The notes under the pieces were generated by a model. That model did no database searches. It had not been told where the DNA came from and worked only from the letters and a program-made list of their open reading frames with translations. The translations under genes were made by a program, and so were the position numbers. Below, in pieces: positions 1 to 13,300 of a stretch of 64,000 nt of DNA. Origin of the DNA: Tubulanus polymorphus (taxonomy: Eukaryota; Animalia; Nemertea); NCBI RefSeq assembly GCF_964204645.1, contig NW_027437453.1, positions 1 to 64,000 of the forward strand, in the 5' to 3' direction. Numbering within the stretch: position 1 is the first letter of the stretch; each line of letters begins with the position of its first letter.

Positions 1-330
1 CCCTGGCGGCCATACTTGAACTCAATTTTCAATGAGGGTTAGACATCTCACCTACCAAAATTCTTACACCTCGTCTCATGAAAATTCATCAATAATTACA
101 GGCCGTTTCGTGCTAGAAATTCAAGATGGCTGACCTGGCGGCCATTTTTAAAAGCTGATGACCTCCATAGACAATAGGGATGGACAGCTTACCTACCCTG
201 ATCCGCACACCAAATTTTGCGGAAATCCATTAAGAATTGCGGGCTGCATTGTGAAACCAAGAAATTCAAGATTGCCACTCCAATGGCAGCCATATCTGAT
301 TACGAATGACCTTTTTTCGCAATAGGGGTG
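1..330. repeat. Degenerate tandem array (~140-bp units) of a dispersed repeat, truncated by the window edge
   Basis: Recurring CAAGATGGC...TGGCGGCCAT and ACCTACC...CACACC...GAAAT..AT.AA.AATT motifs at ~140-bp spacing. Confidence 0.45.
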
Positions 331-1424
331 GACATCTCGCCAGACCCAATCTTGAAGCTAATTTTCAAAAATATTCATCGCAAATTACAGGCGAATTACT
401 GCGTGGAATTCAATTCAATTCCAGAGGTCCTTGGCTTAGGCCTATGCAAAAGGAGTCAATTAAGATTCGACGTTTTGAAAAACCAGCACAGATGCCTATT
501 CAAATCACATGTAATTAAAAGATTCAGTGCTTCTTAGTTTGATGTCCCTGTTTTCATCGCGCACGTGGTTAATATTATTGTTTACAACGAACGTCTTCAA
601 TAGCTGATACAATCGCACCCGCGTATATCAATCATCTAAATTGATTCATATACTAAAACGCTCACTATGAAAAAAACTATGCGGTGAATCAATCCGGAAT
701 TTTTCAGTAGAATGTCAGACACTAGGTACCTTTAAAGGTTTATTTGTTGTATATCATTAACAATCAGTTATATAATACTTTATTCATAACTTTGAAGCGG
801 CGCGAACGCTCAAGCAAGGTCAGGCACTTAGGCCAACGATAACACTTCGTATGGATACAATCAAGATAATTCCACCCTATAATTGTTACCTAGCAGTGCG
901 GGTTTGCATAGAACGTGTGATTCAGCTGTTAGCACTGACCGAGGCTACAATATTGTAACCTAGGTCGGTTCCCTGCATGATCTTTGCTTGCGATTACTGG
1001 CCCAACCCCAGTCGGTTGTTTTTGCAGTCTTTAAAGTACTGGCCAATTGGATGTTACCATACACAGTATTTTAAGGATGTGGTGACGGAGAGAATCCGTT
1101 TTTTATTTCGTAATGAGAAGGTCCTACTGTTCGCTATTCTGTATCGAAATATGAATTGAAATATAAAGGATGGAGTTAGTTTCCTTTCCCGATACTGTAT
1201 TTATGCTTTTAATCGTGAAAGATAATTGTGTTATAGCAATTATAGTGATAACCAACCACAGTCTCGAATTCACGTATTAGAAAACTGCAATTATCTTTAA
1301 ATTCCAAATTTTATTTGAAAAGTGGCGTTTATGCGCACAATTCCTAAAATGTCAGAATTCCGAAAACTAGTGATTCACACGGTTAGAATGTTAACTAAAT
1401 AAGTTTCGTCAGAGCAAATCTATA

Positions 1425-1895
1425 CTATCCTTTGAGACCTGAGCCCTCACATGAAACGGTATCCGCCTATGACGCCGGGGGTACAGACTTATCGATGTGA
1501 AGGTGTACTTTGAAATCCTTCAACTGACCGATACCCGTAAAGATACTAGGGTATTTCTGCATATCCTCAGAAGACACTGTTTGGACCGCATGATTAGCTA
1601 CTTTAAGATGCCCTAACTTACGACTAGCATCTACACCTAACAAATTACCAAATTTCCCTTTCGTGACGTAAAAAGTGTCAGTAATAGAAAATTCACCACA
1701 CTTCACTCTAGAAGCAAATTTGCCCACAGTGCTGATACTTGTGCCCCCGTAGGCATTGAGTTTATCACTACATTCATCAAGCTTCATATCAAAATTGGAT
1801 AAGAATGTTTCTTCGTCAAGTATATTGCAGGTAGCAGCACTGTCAGCAGTCATAAAAATAGAACATTTGTCAAATTCAATCAGAAACTTGGGTAG
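1425..1895 (-). mobile_element. Gypsy LTR-retrotransposon pol fragment (aspartic protease and start of RT), degraded
   Basis: ORF 1467..2009 has ADSAATCNIL (protease DSG-like), LNAYGG, NLLGVD and YPSIFTGIGQLK; a frameshifted continuation reads RRIPFHVR. Confidence 0.8.
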
Positions 1896-2635
1896 GTTTT
1901 TCGGTTGATGCGCTTGTGCGCAGTGAGCCGGAAGTGCCCTCGCGACATCAGCGTTATAAGCATTACGCATTCGTATGCTGCGTACATATTTGTCGTTAAA
2001 CAACGACAAACACAGATTCGATACCGGTATATTTCTGAATGCAAATCTTGCACTGAAGGCATTGATGTATAGATAAAGTAAATCGGTACATAATTAACGA
2101 AATTACAGTATAAAACGTCGCACGGAGGGAGGTGTGACAGACAGTAGATATGGATATATCGAAAATCAAATCAGATTTGATCATTTACACGTCATGTCTT
2201 GATGCGTAAATGACATCAGATTATGAAATGAAATTGACATCCAACTTGCACACCAATATGATGTCATATTGCAATCATATGTTGACATCTTTCTGACATA
2301 ACAATGATATCTTCCCCACATCATATTTCGATAAAAATTTGAAGTCAAAATGAAGCCACTGCACATCCACTTTCATCCCGCGTTTACAATCCTTCCAATG
2401 ACTCAAAATTAATGCTCAACTAACTAAATGTTTAAAATTACATGTTCATTCTTGATCATTAATGAAATATTAATTTCTAAAACAGCACGCGTTTTACAGC
2501 AGCAAAAATGTCAAAGCAACACTGTTTTGAAATAAATCCTACAGACGAAATGATAAAAATGCTGTATCTGATGTTTCAAAATATTGGACTCGAAATTAAT
2601 CATTCATGGTAGTTAAGCTAAGGTCAGATTTTAGC

Positions 2636-2935
2636 AATTTATCATTTCAACTGTCTTATCATTTCAACAGTCGAACAATTTATCATTTCAACTGTCAAAC
2701 AATTTATCATTTCAACAGTCGAACAATTTATCATTTCAACTGTCAAACAATTTATCATTATAACTGTCAAACAATTTATCATTTCAACTGTCAAACAATT
2801 CATCATTTCAACTGTCAAACAATTTATCATTTCAACTGTCAAACAATTTATCATTTCAACTGTCAAACAATTTATCATTTTTACTGTCAAACAATTTATC
2901 ATTTCAACTGTCAAACAATTTATCATTTTAACAGT
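2636..2935. repeat. 24-bp minisatellite (CAATTTATCATTTCAACTGTCAAA)n, about 12 copies
   Basis: Direct inspection; explains the spurious repetitive ORFs 2606..2950 and 2642..2926. Confidence 0.95.
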
Positions 2936-3162
2936 CTATTAGATATTTAAATCATTTAACTCAATTCAATAATTATTTGACTATTTAATTTATTTTTAAT
3001 GTAGAATTGTTACTCTTTACGCCAGTTTTTATGTTTAATTGTTTCATAATGCTTTGATTTATGTGATTTTGAATATTTACCTCCGCAATAACAATGAATT
3101 TTTTCATTAGGATTGAATTTTCTAAATTCATCATCTAAATTACATTCTTTTTCTAGCGAGTA

Positions 3163-3281
3163 GAAAATGAAAAATTAATTCGAGTGTGCGAGAATTATTT
3201 TTCATTTTTATGAGTTTCGCGAGTAATTCAAGTAGAAATTGTTGTTATTTTCATATTTTACGAGCTCGACCGTTCGACCTT
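3163..3281 (+). repeat. Relic of a related Polinton terminal hairpin (diverged copy of ~42070-42200)
   Basis: Shares TTTTCATTTTTATGAGTTTCGCGAGTAATTCAAGTAGAAATTGTT and ACGAGCTCGACCGTTCGACCTTT with the right TIR. Confidence 0.85.
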
Positions 3282-3331
3282 TTGATCTAGAGATAAATGA
3301 AGCAGAAATACAATGGGGTTAGCCGCGGTAG

Positions 3332-4625
3332 TGTTTCGAAAGTTCGGTTACTAAGCCGCTCATCTTGGTGTGTTTATATATTTACTGTGGATGACATCCT
3401 GTTTATGTTTATTCTGCATCTATGTGAAATAAAATCAGTCACTTCCTAAGTTTCGTAGTAAGCAGACGTGTTGCTTCTTTCTCTCGGATCTGTCCCCTCT
3501 GATCGAATCGAACCTTTCACGACATTTTGGTGCCGTGACCAGGATGGGGTCAGAAGGAAGGCTAACGGCAATCAGAAGGGCCCAACGGGGCCAAATGACG
3601 AAGATTTTCGGTAAAACGGAAGAAAAACTCGCAGAGATTCTACTCGTCGATGAAAGTTCAAGAACTCTGGAAACTGTTCAACCGTTCTCCACGTTAATCG
3701 ACGCGCTGTTCACAAAATTCGAATATTTACGACAATTAGACCAACAATTAATGGATGAAATCGCTGATGAAACCGAGTTAACTAACACTATAGTTGAATC
3801 AGATGATTATCTCACTGAGATACAAATCAAACTCGGTCGATTCAAACTGAACTTGGATAATCTACTAACGAAGATACCAAAACCAAAAAAGCGACAAGAC
3901 ATCATAAAGGCAAATCGTAAGTGTTATAACTGTTTTGGCAATCACATGGTAACAGCTTGCCAATCGAAATATCGTTGTAAGGTTTGCAAAGGCAAACACC
4001 ACACTGCTATTCATATGGATCGAAATACTGATACGCATATTGCATCAAAAAATATTCATGTCAGTATAGCCCCAACTTCAAGTCCTGTTCTCTTGAAATC
4101 GGCTATTGGTCAAATAAATTATGGTTCGAATTCGACCACGGTAAATATCTTGTTTGATAGTCGATGGTATGGACCAATGCTTATGGGGCTGTAGCTTATC
4201 TGAAAACTGACAAATCGACTTCAATCATTATGGCAAAATCACGGGTTAAACCATTAAAAGAGGTAACTATCCCTAGACTTGAATTATTGGCAGCACTGAT
4301 CGCTGCACGGCTCGCGAAATTTATCCGTGATGCATTCGACAAGTCAAATTTAAGTTTAACAAAATGTGTGCTTTGGTCCGATAGTCAGATCAATATACAT
4401 TGGATTCGGAGTGAGAAGAAATTACCCACATTCGTCGAAAACAGAGTCCGTGAAATTAGGTCTGTCAAATTTGACATAATCAATTATTGTCCTACAAAGG
4501 ACAACCCTGCTGATCTCTTGACTCGGGCATCAATACCCAATACTTGGATAATAGTAGATTATGGTGGTTTGGACCAACTTGGCTGCCTAATGGCGATTGG
4601 CCAATTGATCGATTGAATAATTCAA
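3332..4625 (+). mobile_element. BEL/Pao LTR retrotransposon, internally deleted and 3'-truncated; 5' LTR at 3332-3524
   Basis: LTR TGTTTCGAAAG...CTTTCACGACA; PBS; gag with CYNC/CKVC knuckles; RNase H region AYGAVAYL, AKSRVKP, TIPRLELLAA, WSDS, NPADLLTR. Confidence 0.88.
3528..3545 (+). promoter_or_regulatory. Primer binding site complementary to the tRNA-His 3' end
   Basis: TGGTGCCGTGACCAGGAT, 3 nt downstream of the LTR. Confidence 0.85.
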
Positions 4626-5036
4626 CTGACAGTATATCACAGTTTTTTCATAGTCAACTGGAATTCAGTACTATTGTATATCACTCAGTCTATCGAGGTA
4701 AAAAACCACTAGGAAGCAGAATGCAGAAAAAGTGCAGTATGTGCAAATGTGCTAATTTATCTAAGGAAGTGTTTATTTTAATGTTTAATAAGCCTTATTC
4801 AGTACATTTCTTTTTGAATGACGTTATAAAAACGAGATGTATCGAAGAAGGCTATGGACAGATTATTACAACAAATGAATGGGCATACAAGCGCTACGCA
4901 TTTTACATTGATTCTGCAATTGAATAGTTCGGTAGAAATGTCATTTTTTCAAATTAGGGCGTCACCAAACTAGAGCTAAGTGAAGTGAACTAAAACTGGT
5001 GAATTATTGAATTAAAAGTGGTCCATCAATACTAAC

Positions 5037-6871
5037 CTGTCAAAAATATATTTTGCTGCATACTAATCAAATGTCCCGAATTCAGGTTCAAAATCACGAA
5101 ACGACGATCTGAAAGAGAATGTGTGCATGTATGAATGAATAGATCGATCTAGCGTAAAAGCTGACTTCCAAATAGATAGATATCTATCAGTTTGAATCAC
5201 CGCAATATACATGTACTTACTGAAGGATTCGGTAATTCGTGTTTTTCATTGATATCCTGTTCAATGCCTTCCTGTGCCTTCAAAAATGGAAGGTACCATA
5301 CAGCGGAATCTGCTAGCTTGACTGTCTTAGTTTCAATGGTATCGAGGAAATCATTCCACCAGCCTTGTTTTTCCTGTGGTAAAAAGCTTTTCCATTTCTC
5401 CATATTCTTTTTCATATCCTTGATTTCGATGTTTGAATAATTTAAATCGAGCACTGAAGGAGTACCAGTTGGTATACTTGTCAATACACCGCCTTCCATG
5501 CAGTGCCATTCCTGAGTTGATGAACACCTATAGTACATGTTTATTTGGGATTGATCTTGGCTGTCCCTTCGAAATAGAAAAATCCTTGGTTTCGAATGGT
5601 TCTTCATGTTGACGATATGTGGAGCAAGCCAAGATCGAATATCCAACAACCCCCCCAACTCGATACCATCGCACAGTTTGAGCAGGCCAGCCATATCGAA
5701 TGCATCTTCTCTTCTCAACCTACCGGCATACACGCTAAACAGCTGGTCGATGTCTTCGTGCGTATGACCAACGAAGAGAAAACTCAACTGAATCTGAAAT
5801 GATTGAAATAGTTCGTCTTTAGAATTTTCGATCTCATAACCCACACAATAATACGGGTGCGATGTATGGTTCTGAATTTAAGTTATAAGTTCAAAAGATA
5901 TACCACATGGAAATATATATGAGACATGATATCTATTGCAGTAGAAACTGCATAACTTGCCAATACATGTAGTTAGTTACAAGTTTGTCGATATGTGTAA
6001 TCTCTACCGAACAGAGGTACAAATAAGTGAGTATTTGCGTTGCTTCTTAATTGAAAGCCTCCATTTATTAGTAGCCTGCAACTAGCAGTTTCCTCACCTC
6101 GTTAAATATTTTCTTCTCTACTAGAATTTGCAAGAGGGCTAAAACGTATTTGTTCTTATTTTCGCGGCCACAGTTGTCGGCTTGTAAATACAAATGCGGT
6201 GGCAGTTGACCATTCTAAAAAAGTAAATAAATGAATTAAACATTAAATAAATGGATTTAACATTTCTTTTCACATTTGCTGACATAGAAATGTGTACCGG
6301 TATTGAATTGTTTATATTCGTCTTACCTTAGATATACACCATAATGTCTTGAGGATAACATTCATCGTCATGTTGCTGTTGTGTGGATAAAGATGATAAT
6401 CGACATACGACTGAGATATTTTATGACCATGACTTATCAAACTGTTATGTGTGTTTTTAGTAAGTGAGTAGCTGTCATGAACTGAAAAGAGAAATACCGG
6501 TAATAAGAAAATATAGTGCAAAAAGGCTATGATAAATAATGCAGATTAAATATGTTTTACAGTGGGTTTTTGTTTATTATCAAACAGTTCATTTTCATTG
6601 TACGCCATTGGAGGTTAATTACTGGTGAGTTCTATAGAATGGTTTGTGTACCGGGTAATACAACTGGATTGGATTTATGGGAAATTGGCGATAAATCGTA
6701 AGTTAAATGACAATAAGGTGGCTAGACGAGTTGCTCACCTTACCTTTTTCTCCGGCAAAATGTGGAAGAAATGACTTCGTTTGGTCCATACCATCGACTA
6801 TCAAACTAACGTAACGGTTCGGATTCGTCTGCGCTCTACTAACGCGTGCATAATAGGCGAGTCTCTCAGTC
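5037..6871 (-). CDS. Multi-exon DDD transposase, Sola-like (partial)
   Basis: GT-AG-bounded exons encode LIVDGMDQ (6744-6871), YLQADNCGRENKN (~6098-6214) and LSFLFVGHTHEDIDQLFS (~5217-5795); superfamily assignment is from motif recall. Confidence 0.75.
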
Positions 6872-6934
6872 CTGAAGCAGAGAAATACATGATGGTTTTT
6901 TACGTAAGAACATTAAAATTATCAAACACTGAGA

Positions 6935-7250
6935 TTGGAACAACATTCATATAAACATGGTTAATTATCATGGGGTCACTCACCATAAACACAAAAAATA
7001 TATTTCACTTCAAAAACAACTAACTCGAATTATTACCAAGCCTAACTTCACTGCCCACTCTGAACCACGCTTCAAACAGCTTATTAAAACTTCTCAAAAT
7101 AAATGATCTCTACAATCTTAAAGCCACTTTTCATCTATGACACAACCTTTGAAGGAATTGAACTGTGTATAGAGCAGAACAATTCTAGCACATGTAAACA
7201 ATGACTTACATAGTTCAATTCCCGCTCTACAAACATAAATCCAAGCTTAA
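6935..7250 (+). mobile_element. Degraded CR1/L2-group (Crack-like) LINE ORF2 C-terminal fragment
   Basis: Translates to SLQKQLTRIITKPNFTAHSEPRFKQL..LLKINDLY with frameshifts. Confidence 0.6.
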
Positions 7251-7282
7251 GTTCGCGTGCTGTTATATGTTCTTTTATTTAC

Positions 7283-7390
7283 TCTAACTCGGAACTGTGG
7301 AACTGGGTCCTGGATACTTCATTTTCAATGTTTTAACTCGGAGTCAAATCTTAACTCGGAACTGTGGAACTGAAATCCAATTTTGGGCCC
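7283..7390. repeat. MITE remnants (TTAACTCGGAACTGTGGAACTGGGTCC), related to 15492-15586
   Basis: Three partial copies; reverse complement of GGACCCAGTTCCACAGTT at 15493. Confidence 0.6.
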
Positions 7391-7412
7391 TGAAATATGA
7401 CGGCATACTTAC

Positions 7413-8911
7413 AGAAAATGTTTATAGTTGGTGACGAGGGGAGATCATCCTCAAACGAATCATCTCGGTTCATTTCAATAATACTGCGGTCCTCTTTGAA
7501 GAATGTTGTTAGCATTTCAAAACATTGCAAATGCACGTCAGTAGTTTTTCTTCCGCCAAAGGTCTTTTTCTTGTCTAGAAAAGTACGCAGCAACTCCAAC
7601 CTTGTGGAAACATGGGTTGAAAAGTCCTTTAGGTCGAAATTGATAGAGCATTCGCAAAGACGTACAAAATAAACTATTTCCTTAAAGACATGAGGCCACC
7701 TCTCAGTGAGACATTTAATGTCATGTTTAGTGTGAGCTTCAATTCTAATACTATCATATAATGATTCGAGCAGCTGTTCAATTTCAGCAGACTGCTTTTG
7801 TCCACTTTGAAAAAGTTCTTGAAGCTTCTTCATGGTGGGATTGTCGGATTTAGCCTTTTTCACAGAAATGTTTTCAAACTCTACGGCACTTTTACGTTTC
7901 TTCTCGCGCGTTTCTTGATCGCGGAATGATGCTAATCGTTTGAAAATTGCAGTGAAACCATTGTTTATAACCTGATCGAGCAATCTACACTCGAATGCTT
8001 TTGGGAAGGTCTTTGTAAGCGCATCAGCAATTTGCTTAAATTCAGCATTTCCTGGATTATCACAGAAACTTTTAAGTTCTGCATACATAAGTTTCAATAG
8101 TAATGATCGATTAGATTCATCAAGCCTTGTACCACCATTTAATTTTTGGAGAATTGATGGCGGTATTTTACTAAAAGGTATCTCAAATCGCTGTGCTGGT
8201 GTTGATTCTCGGAGTAGTAGCTTCGCTGACGGTTCATCTAGTTGAGAATATGTTGAGTTTTCCAGCATTGATGTTGGTGTCGTGTTGTCCAGAGAGGTGA
8301 GAACTGAAACAAAAATGTATCATCTACTACATGTACTAATCCCAGAATTGGGTACAAATACATGCCTATTATAATCACCTTTCACTTCAGGAACTAAAGT
8401 CATTTCTGTACCCTTTGGCACCACATCGAAAATGTCATCGTCTAATTCCACACCATCCTTTAGGGTGATCTTGAAATCATTCGGATCAATGTTGAATTTG
8501 AGCGATACTAGAAAAAAAAGTAAACCCTAAATCGGACATGTACTTCCGGTATTTATTCGACTCGGACAAACACATCTTTCCATCTATGTAATACTAAATT
8601 AAGTGCCTAATTCAGACAAATCATAGTCCCATTAGGTCAGTTGAGTGAGTTGAATGAGATTTCTTGTATATGATTAAAACTACGTACTATAATGATCAAA
8701 GCATAAAAACGGCCGATTTTGCGAACAAGGGGAAGGGGGTTGCAAAATCCAAATTTTATGTGTACATATTAAATGAAAAGAATAATGAATCCACATTTAA
8801 GTCGCGCTTACCATTAGTGATTAATTCATCGTAACAATCTCCCTTGATACCACATCTTCGTGTGTTATATTTCACGACATAATAACTCGGAGAGCCTGAA
8901 CTGAGTAATGA
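7413..8911 (-). CDS. CACTA second ORF (TnpA-like) with a CIDE-N-like N-terminal domain; exons 8812-8911, 8379-8507, 7413-8303, plus shared exon 14358-14390
   Basis: All GT-AG sites are present with matching phases (0,1,1); joins in frame to ORF 7351..8268. Confidence 0.75.
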
Positions 8912-10385
8912 CTGAAAAAAAAACATTAAAAAGCTGTAAATATATAAAACTGTCGGTTTCTGAACTCGCAGCCACAACTTAACATTTTTTGTGTTATGCA
9001 GAGACACATGATACAAATTAGCGACCTGTCCTGGCACACAAATTCTTTATGCCAAATCCTAGAGTCAGTGATTTTAGAATAATTAATGTATACATAAAAA
9101 CTACAGGTACAATTTCATTTAAACATTTCACGTTTATGATTTTGATCCTATACTTGATCCGCCACAAATACTGAGTATTTATTCGATTAAATTAATTACT
9201 TACATCGATACTAGAGTAGTCTGAGATATCAAGTGTAAGATCATCTCGCTTTGAACGACTGGCACCTAAAAGTAAAAAGTATTGCGGTAACAATTTCATA
9301 CACAAAGTCCTATTTATATATTGTTTACCCATTATATTTTATTATATGGAACCTAATTTCTACGTATTTCAACTTTGCTTGAGAGGATTAAATCGGTACC
9401 ATTCATCTGGTTCGGTTCAAATATTCAAATGACACTGTTGTCAGGTGTCCATCAACTTTATATTATCTTGTTATCACCTGCTGTAATTTTCTAATGTAAT
9501 TCAATTCGCGAATAAAGAATAATAATAATAATGATAATAAAGAACTAATAGTGAAGCAACACTTTAAATAAAAAACTCTTGAAAATCCTGATTAATTCAA
9601 ATAACAGACCCACTAATCGGTACTAATGTACCAACCAGCTAGTCTTAATTAACGGTCATTGGCACACTAATTTTTCAAATTTCTATTTCACAGTTTAATA
9701 CCATCCTGTTAACCTAGCTAAACATTTCTAATCATAATTTTACCAAATTATTTTGTTAACGCGCCTATGTGAAGATTAAGAGCACATTGTATTCACTGTG
9801 TGTAGTTCACTAAAGTACCGAGTGGAGTGGTTCACATTGACTCATTTGATTCGCACTGCTGCAGAGACTGTCTGCTATACACACGTTGAGGCAGCTTTTA
9901 TTCAGTTCACTTCAGTACTAGTGTTTTTAATTTGGCTCATACAGATAACGCAGTGCATAACAATCCATGACATTCACTGAAGGTTCTTCTCAGTTTATAT
10001 AGCTATCCAATGATGCCATTCAATAAATAATACATATTACATAAGCGATGATACAGTTGATTAAAAGTAGAGTGCTATGCTTTCAACATTGTAACCGTGC
10101 TGCTGAGCGAATCAAATGACGTCATGAATCACTGCTGTTTACAACAGACCACATTGTAGTTGTGCAGGAGAAGCAATGCTGATCGAAACCCGTTATGCCA
10201 TCTTTTTTAATGCTTTATTCAAGCAGAATGCAAGCATTTTATTTACTTCAATCTATCTATTAGAAGTAATTCTTGAATTCTAAAATAAATTTTTTTAATG
10301 TGCCAATGACCTTTAAATAACACAGAACAATCTTGAACAAAACTGTATAAAATTAGAACATCAAATGCCTCATCAATGTACCTTA

Positions 10386-13300
10386 TTAACGCATCACCAA
10401 TGCATGTTTGATTACAACCACATTTTTTGAGGACATTTTGTAAGATGGCAGTGGATAAAAATCACATAATTCTGACAGTTTTAAACACAGTTTTTCCTGT
10501 TTCAATTGGAGCTCGAATACACCATATGCTTCAGAGTATATAGCATTCTCCAGGTCCACGACGCAGAATGGTTCCTCATCGGAAACAAGCAGTAGAATAA
10601 TTCTTCCAAACACTGTCTCACTTTCACTACTTGAGATAGCTACATGCATGTCACTGTCCAATTTATATATAACACTTTTGAAATTAATTTCTTTAGTCAC
10701 TAAACACTGTTTGGAATAAGGTATGACATCTCGTACAGACTTAGAAATCTCAGCACTATAAATACTGTCAACAAATTTGAAACCTTCAACATAAGTCAAG
10801 TTTGGAGAAAAGAGACTACCAATAGAATAGTATGCCTGAAGATACTGATGTTTTTCAGAAAGTGAAAATAAGACGTTTTTAAAGTTTTGAGTTCGTCTGA
10901 CAATTTGCTTGAAGTATGTATGTTTGCTTTCCATGCGTAAAGTCCAGAGTCTAATTAAAGGGCCAAAATACAATGTCATCAATGGATAGTGTAGGATAAA
11001 ATGGTGCTTAGGACGTAAATTAGAATTTGGGAATACATCAATCCTCAATTGAATATACTGTTCAATCAAAGTTTCCATCATCGCTAACATTTCCATGGTG
11101 ACACATGGAGAACATATATACTCAACTACCTGCTTTAACATAATAAACAATCGCCATACTTCATCTGATGTATTCAGAATTTCATCTTCTAAAACCACCG
11201 GAATCAAACGAAGTAGGTTCCAATTCTGAACGGCACTCCCACTTACTTTAACTGATTTCTTCTTTTTTTTGTCAACACTCAAACATGGCCTATCTAGGAC
11301 ATCAGACCCTGCTAATTTGAATTTTCTAAATCTATCAACAACATTAGATGCTGTGAACCACTTTTTCTTAATAAAATCATTTAATATAAGGCCAAGATCA
11401 ATTTTCAGTATACCCTCAAAAACGTCATGTGCTAGGCAGGGGGGTAAACCTGGCTGCTGAACATGAAAATACTTCATCTGATTCAAGACAGAATTTTCCT
11501 TGACCCCATTATGTATAGAATTTTCAGTATTTACTTTTTCTACGGAGTCCTTATAACATTTTACATCACGGATGATTTTAGGCCATATGTCCTTGTTTTT
11601 TTGTTCTATGTTTGAATGAAGACAGTATCTGCACCAAAATGCAGAGGTTGAAAAATTTTCTGTGAAACCCCCAATACCGTTGGATCCTAAATTGTCCCCT
11701 AAAACACAAAGTACCGATCCTTTAATAGTTTTTCCTAAAGATTGAATTTCAATACCATTACTTTCAATAGATTTTATGTCTTGAACCAATCTTTCAAAGA
11801 CTTTTTTAATGCCAAGTTGCTTTACAGTACTACTTTTACACAAGAAGCACAATTGTATACTATCAATTTTAGACCGGTGCCATGGAAAGATATTACCCAA
11901 AGTGAAATAGCAGGCCAATACTTTGTGCCTGGTTTTGGCACTTCCTAGGGGATTAACAATTTCCATTTCATCCTGATATAATATAATTTCCAAGCATTTT
12001 TCATGAGAAGCATTGAAAAATTGATTTTGTCTAAAAGCCAACCCGTCATGGATATCAACCGTTTTATCAAGATTAGATGGGCATGGACAATTAAATTGGT
12101 TGACAACTGCTGAGTCACTGAAAAAGCCTTCAATGCTTCTAGCAATGGGTACATAATACATAAATTGGTCATTACCACCAAGAACTATTTTCTCTGGTGG
12201 AATTACATTAAAATTCTTTCCATAAAACTTTTTTCTACAATGCTCCGAACGAAATGGACCGTTCTTCATGTCTAGAATTTGAGAGAATTCATTTTGTTGA
12301 GCCAGTTCATCAATAACTTTCTGTGCGACATCATCTGTTATTTCAAGACTTTTCAACTTATGCCACAATACTCCACTTACATACTTTTGTTCAAGGTGGA
12401 AAACATTGGCAAATTCTTCAACTATTATTTGTACAGTAGAAGTTGGTACTAAAAGCTTAGACTGTAATTTCAGATACAAAAGAGCTAAGCTCATTTCAAG
12501 TTGCCTGACATCAGTAGAACTATTGGTTAGAGTTTCATCCAGGTGTAAATCTGAAATGTCTCCTGCTGCTTCTGCAGTTTCAATGGAATCACTGACTGAA
12601 TCGGTCTGAGAATCATTTTTCTCCAGAACTAACGGTACTGCAATTTCAGCCTTTATATTATCGCGAAACCAATCCTCCCTATGCTGCCGTGAAAGATGGC
12701 TTGAAAATGAAGACTTTACATCATATTTATAGCTACAATCCTTAAACGGACACGATATTTCATGACCCACTCCAATATGTACCTTTAGGTGCGCGATTAG
12801 ACTACTCAAAGACATAAATACTTTATCGCATAGAGACACTGAACATTTGAACTCAGCAAGACATGATGGTCTTCTGAGGCCTCCATCTTTTTTTTTAGCA
12901 TCATGATTCCTATTTATATGCTTACGTAGTGCATCATAGGAAGGTGATAAGACATTACAATGTGGGCAAGGTATGTTTGGAAAATTTGGTAGATTTTTAT
13001 GCTCTCTGTAATGACGACAATACGATTTCACTGATGTTGACTGTGCCTGACATACAAGGCATTTATATAGTTCCTACAAATAAACCCAGACCTTAGATTT
13101 AATCACAGCATGACTCAAGAATTTACCAATGCTCTTAGTCCTATCCTATATTTTTACTTGAATGCGAAACTATATCAAAATGGTGTGGGATCTTCCTAAT
13201 AATATTACATTAGAACACATGAATCTGGCATGGTCTTTAATAGGCTCTAGGCACGGGCTTGGTTCACTTTATTATAAAGAACTCATCCTCATTGATTAGG

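Noticed and set aside
2606-2950. Repetitive ORFs or CRISPR-like array
   Set aside because: Pure 24-bp minisatellite with no unique spacers
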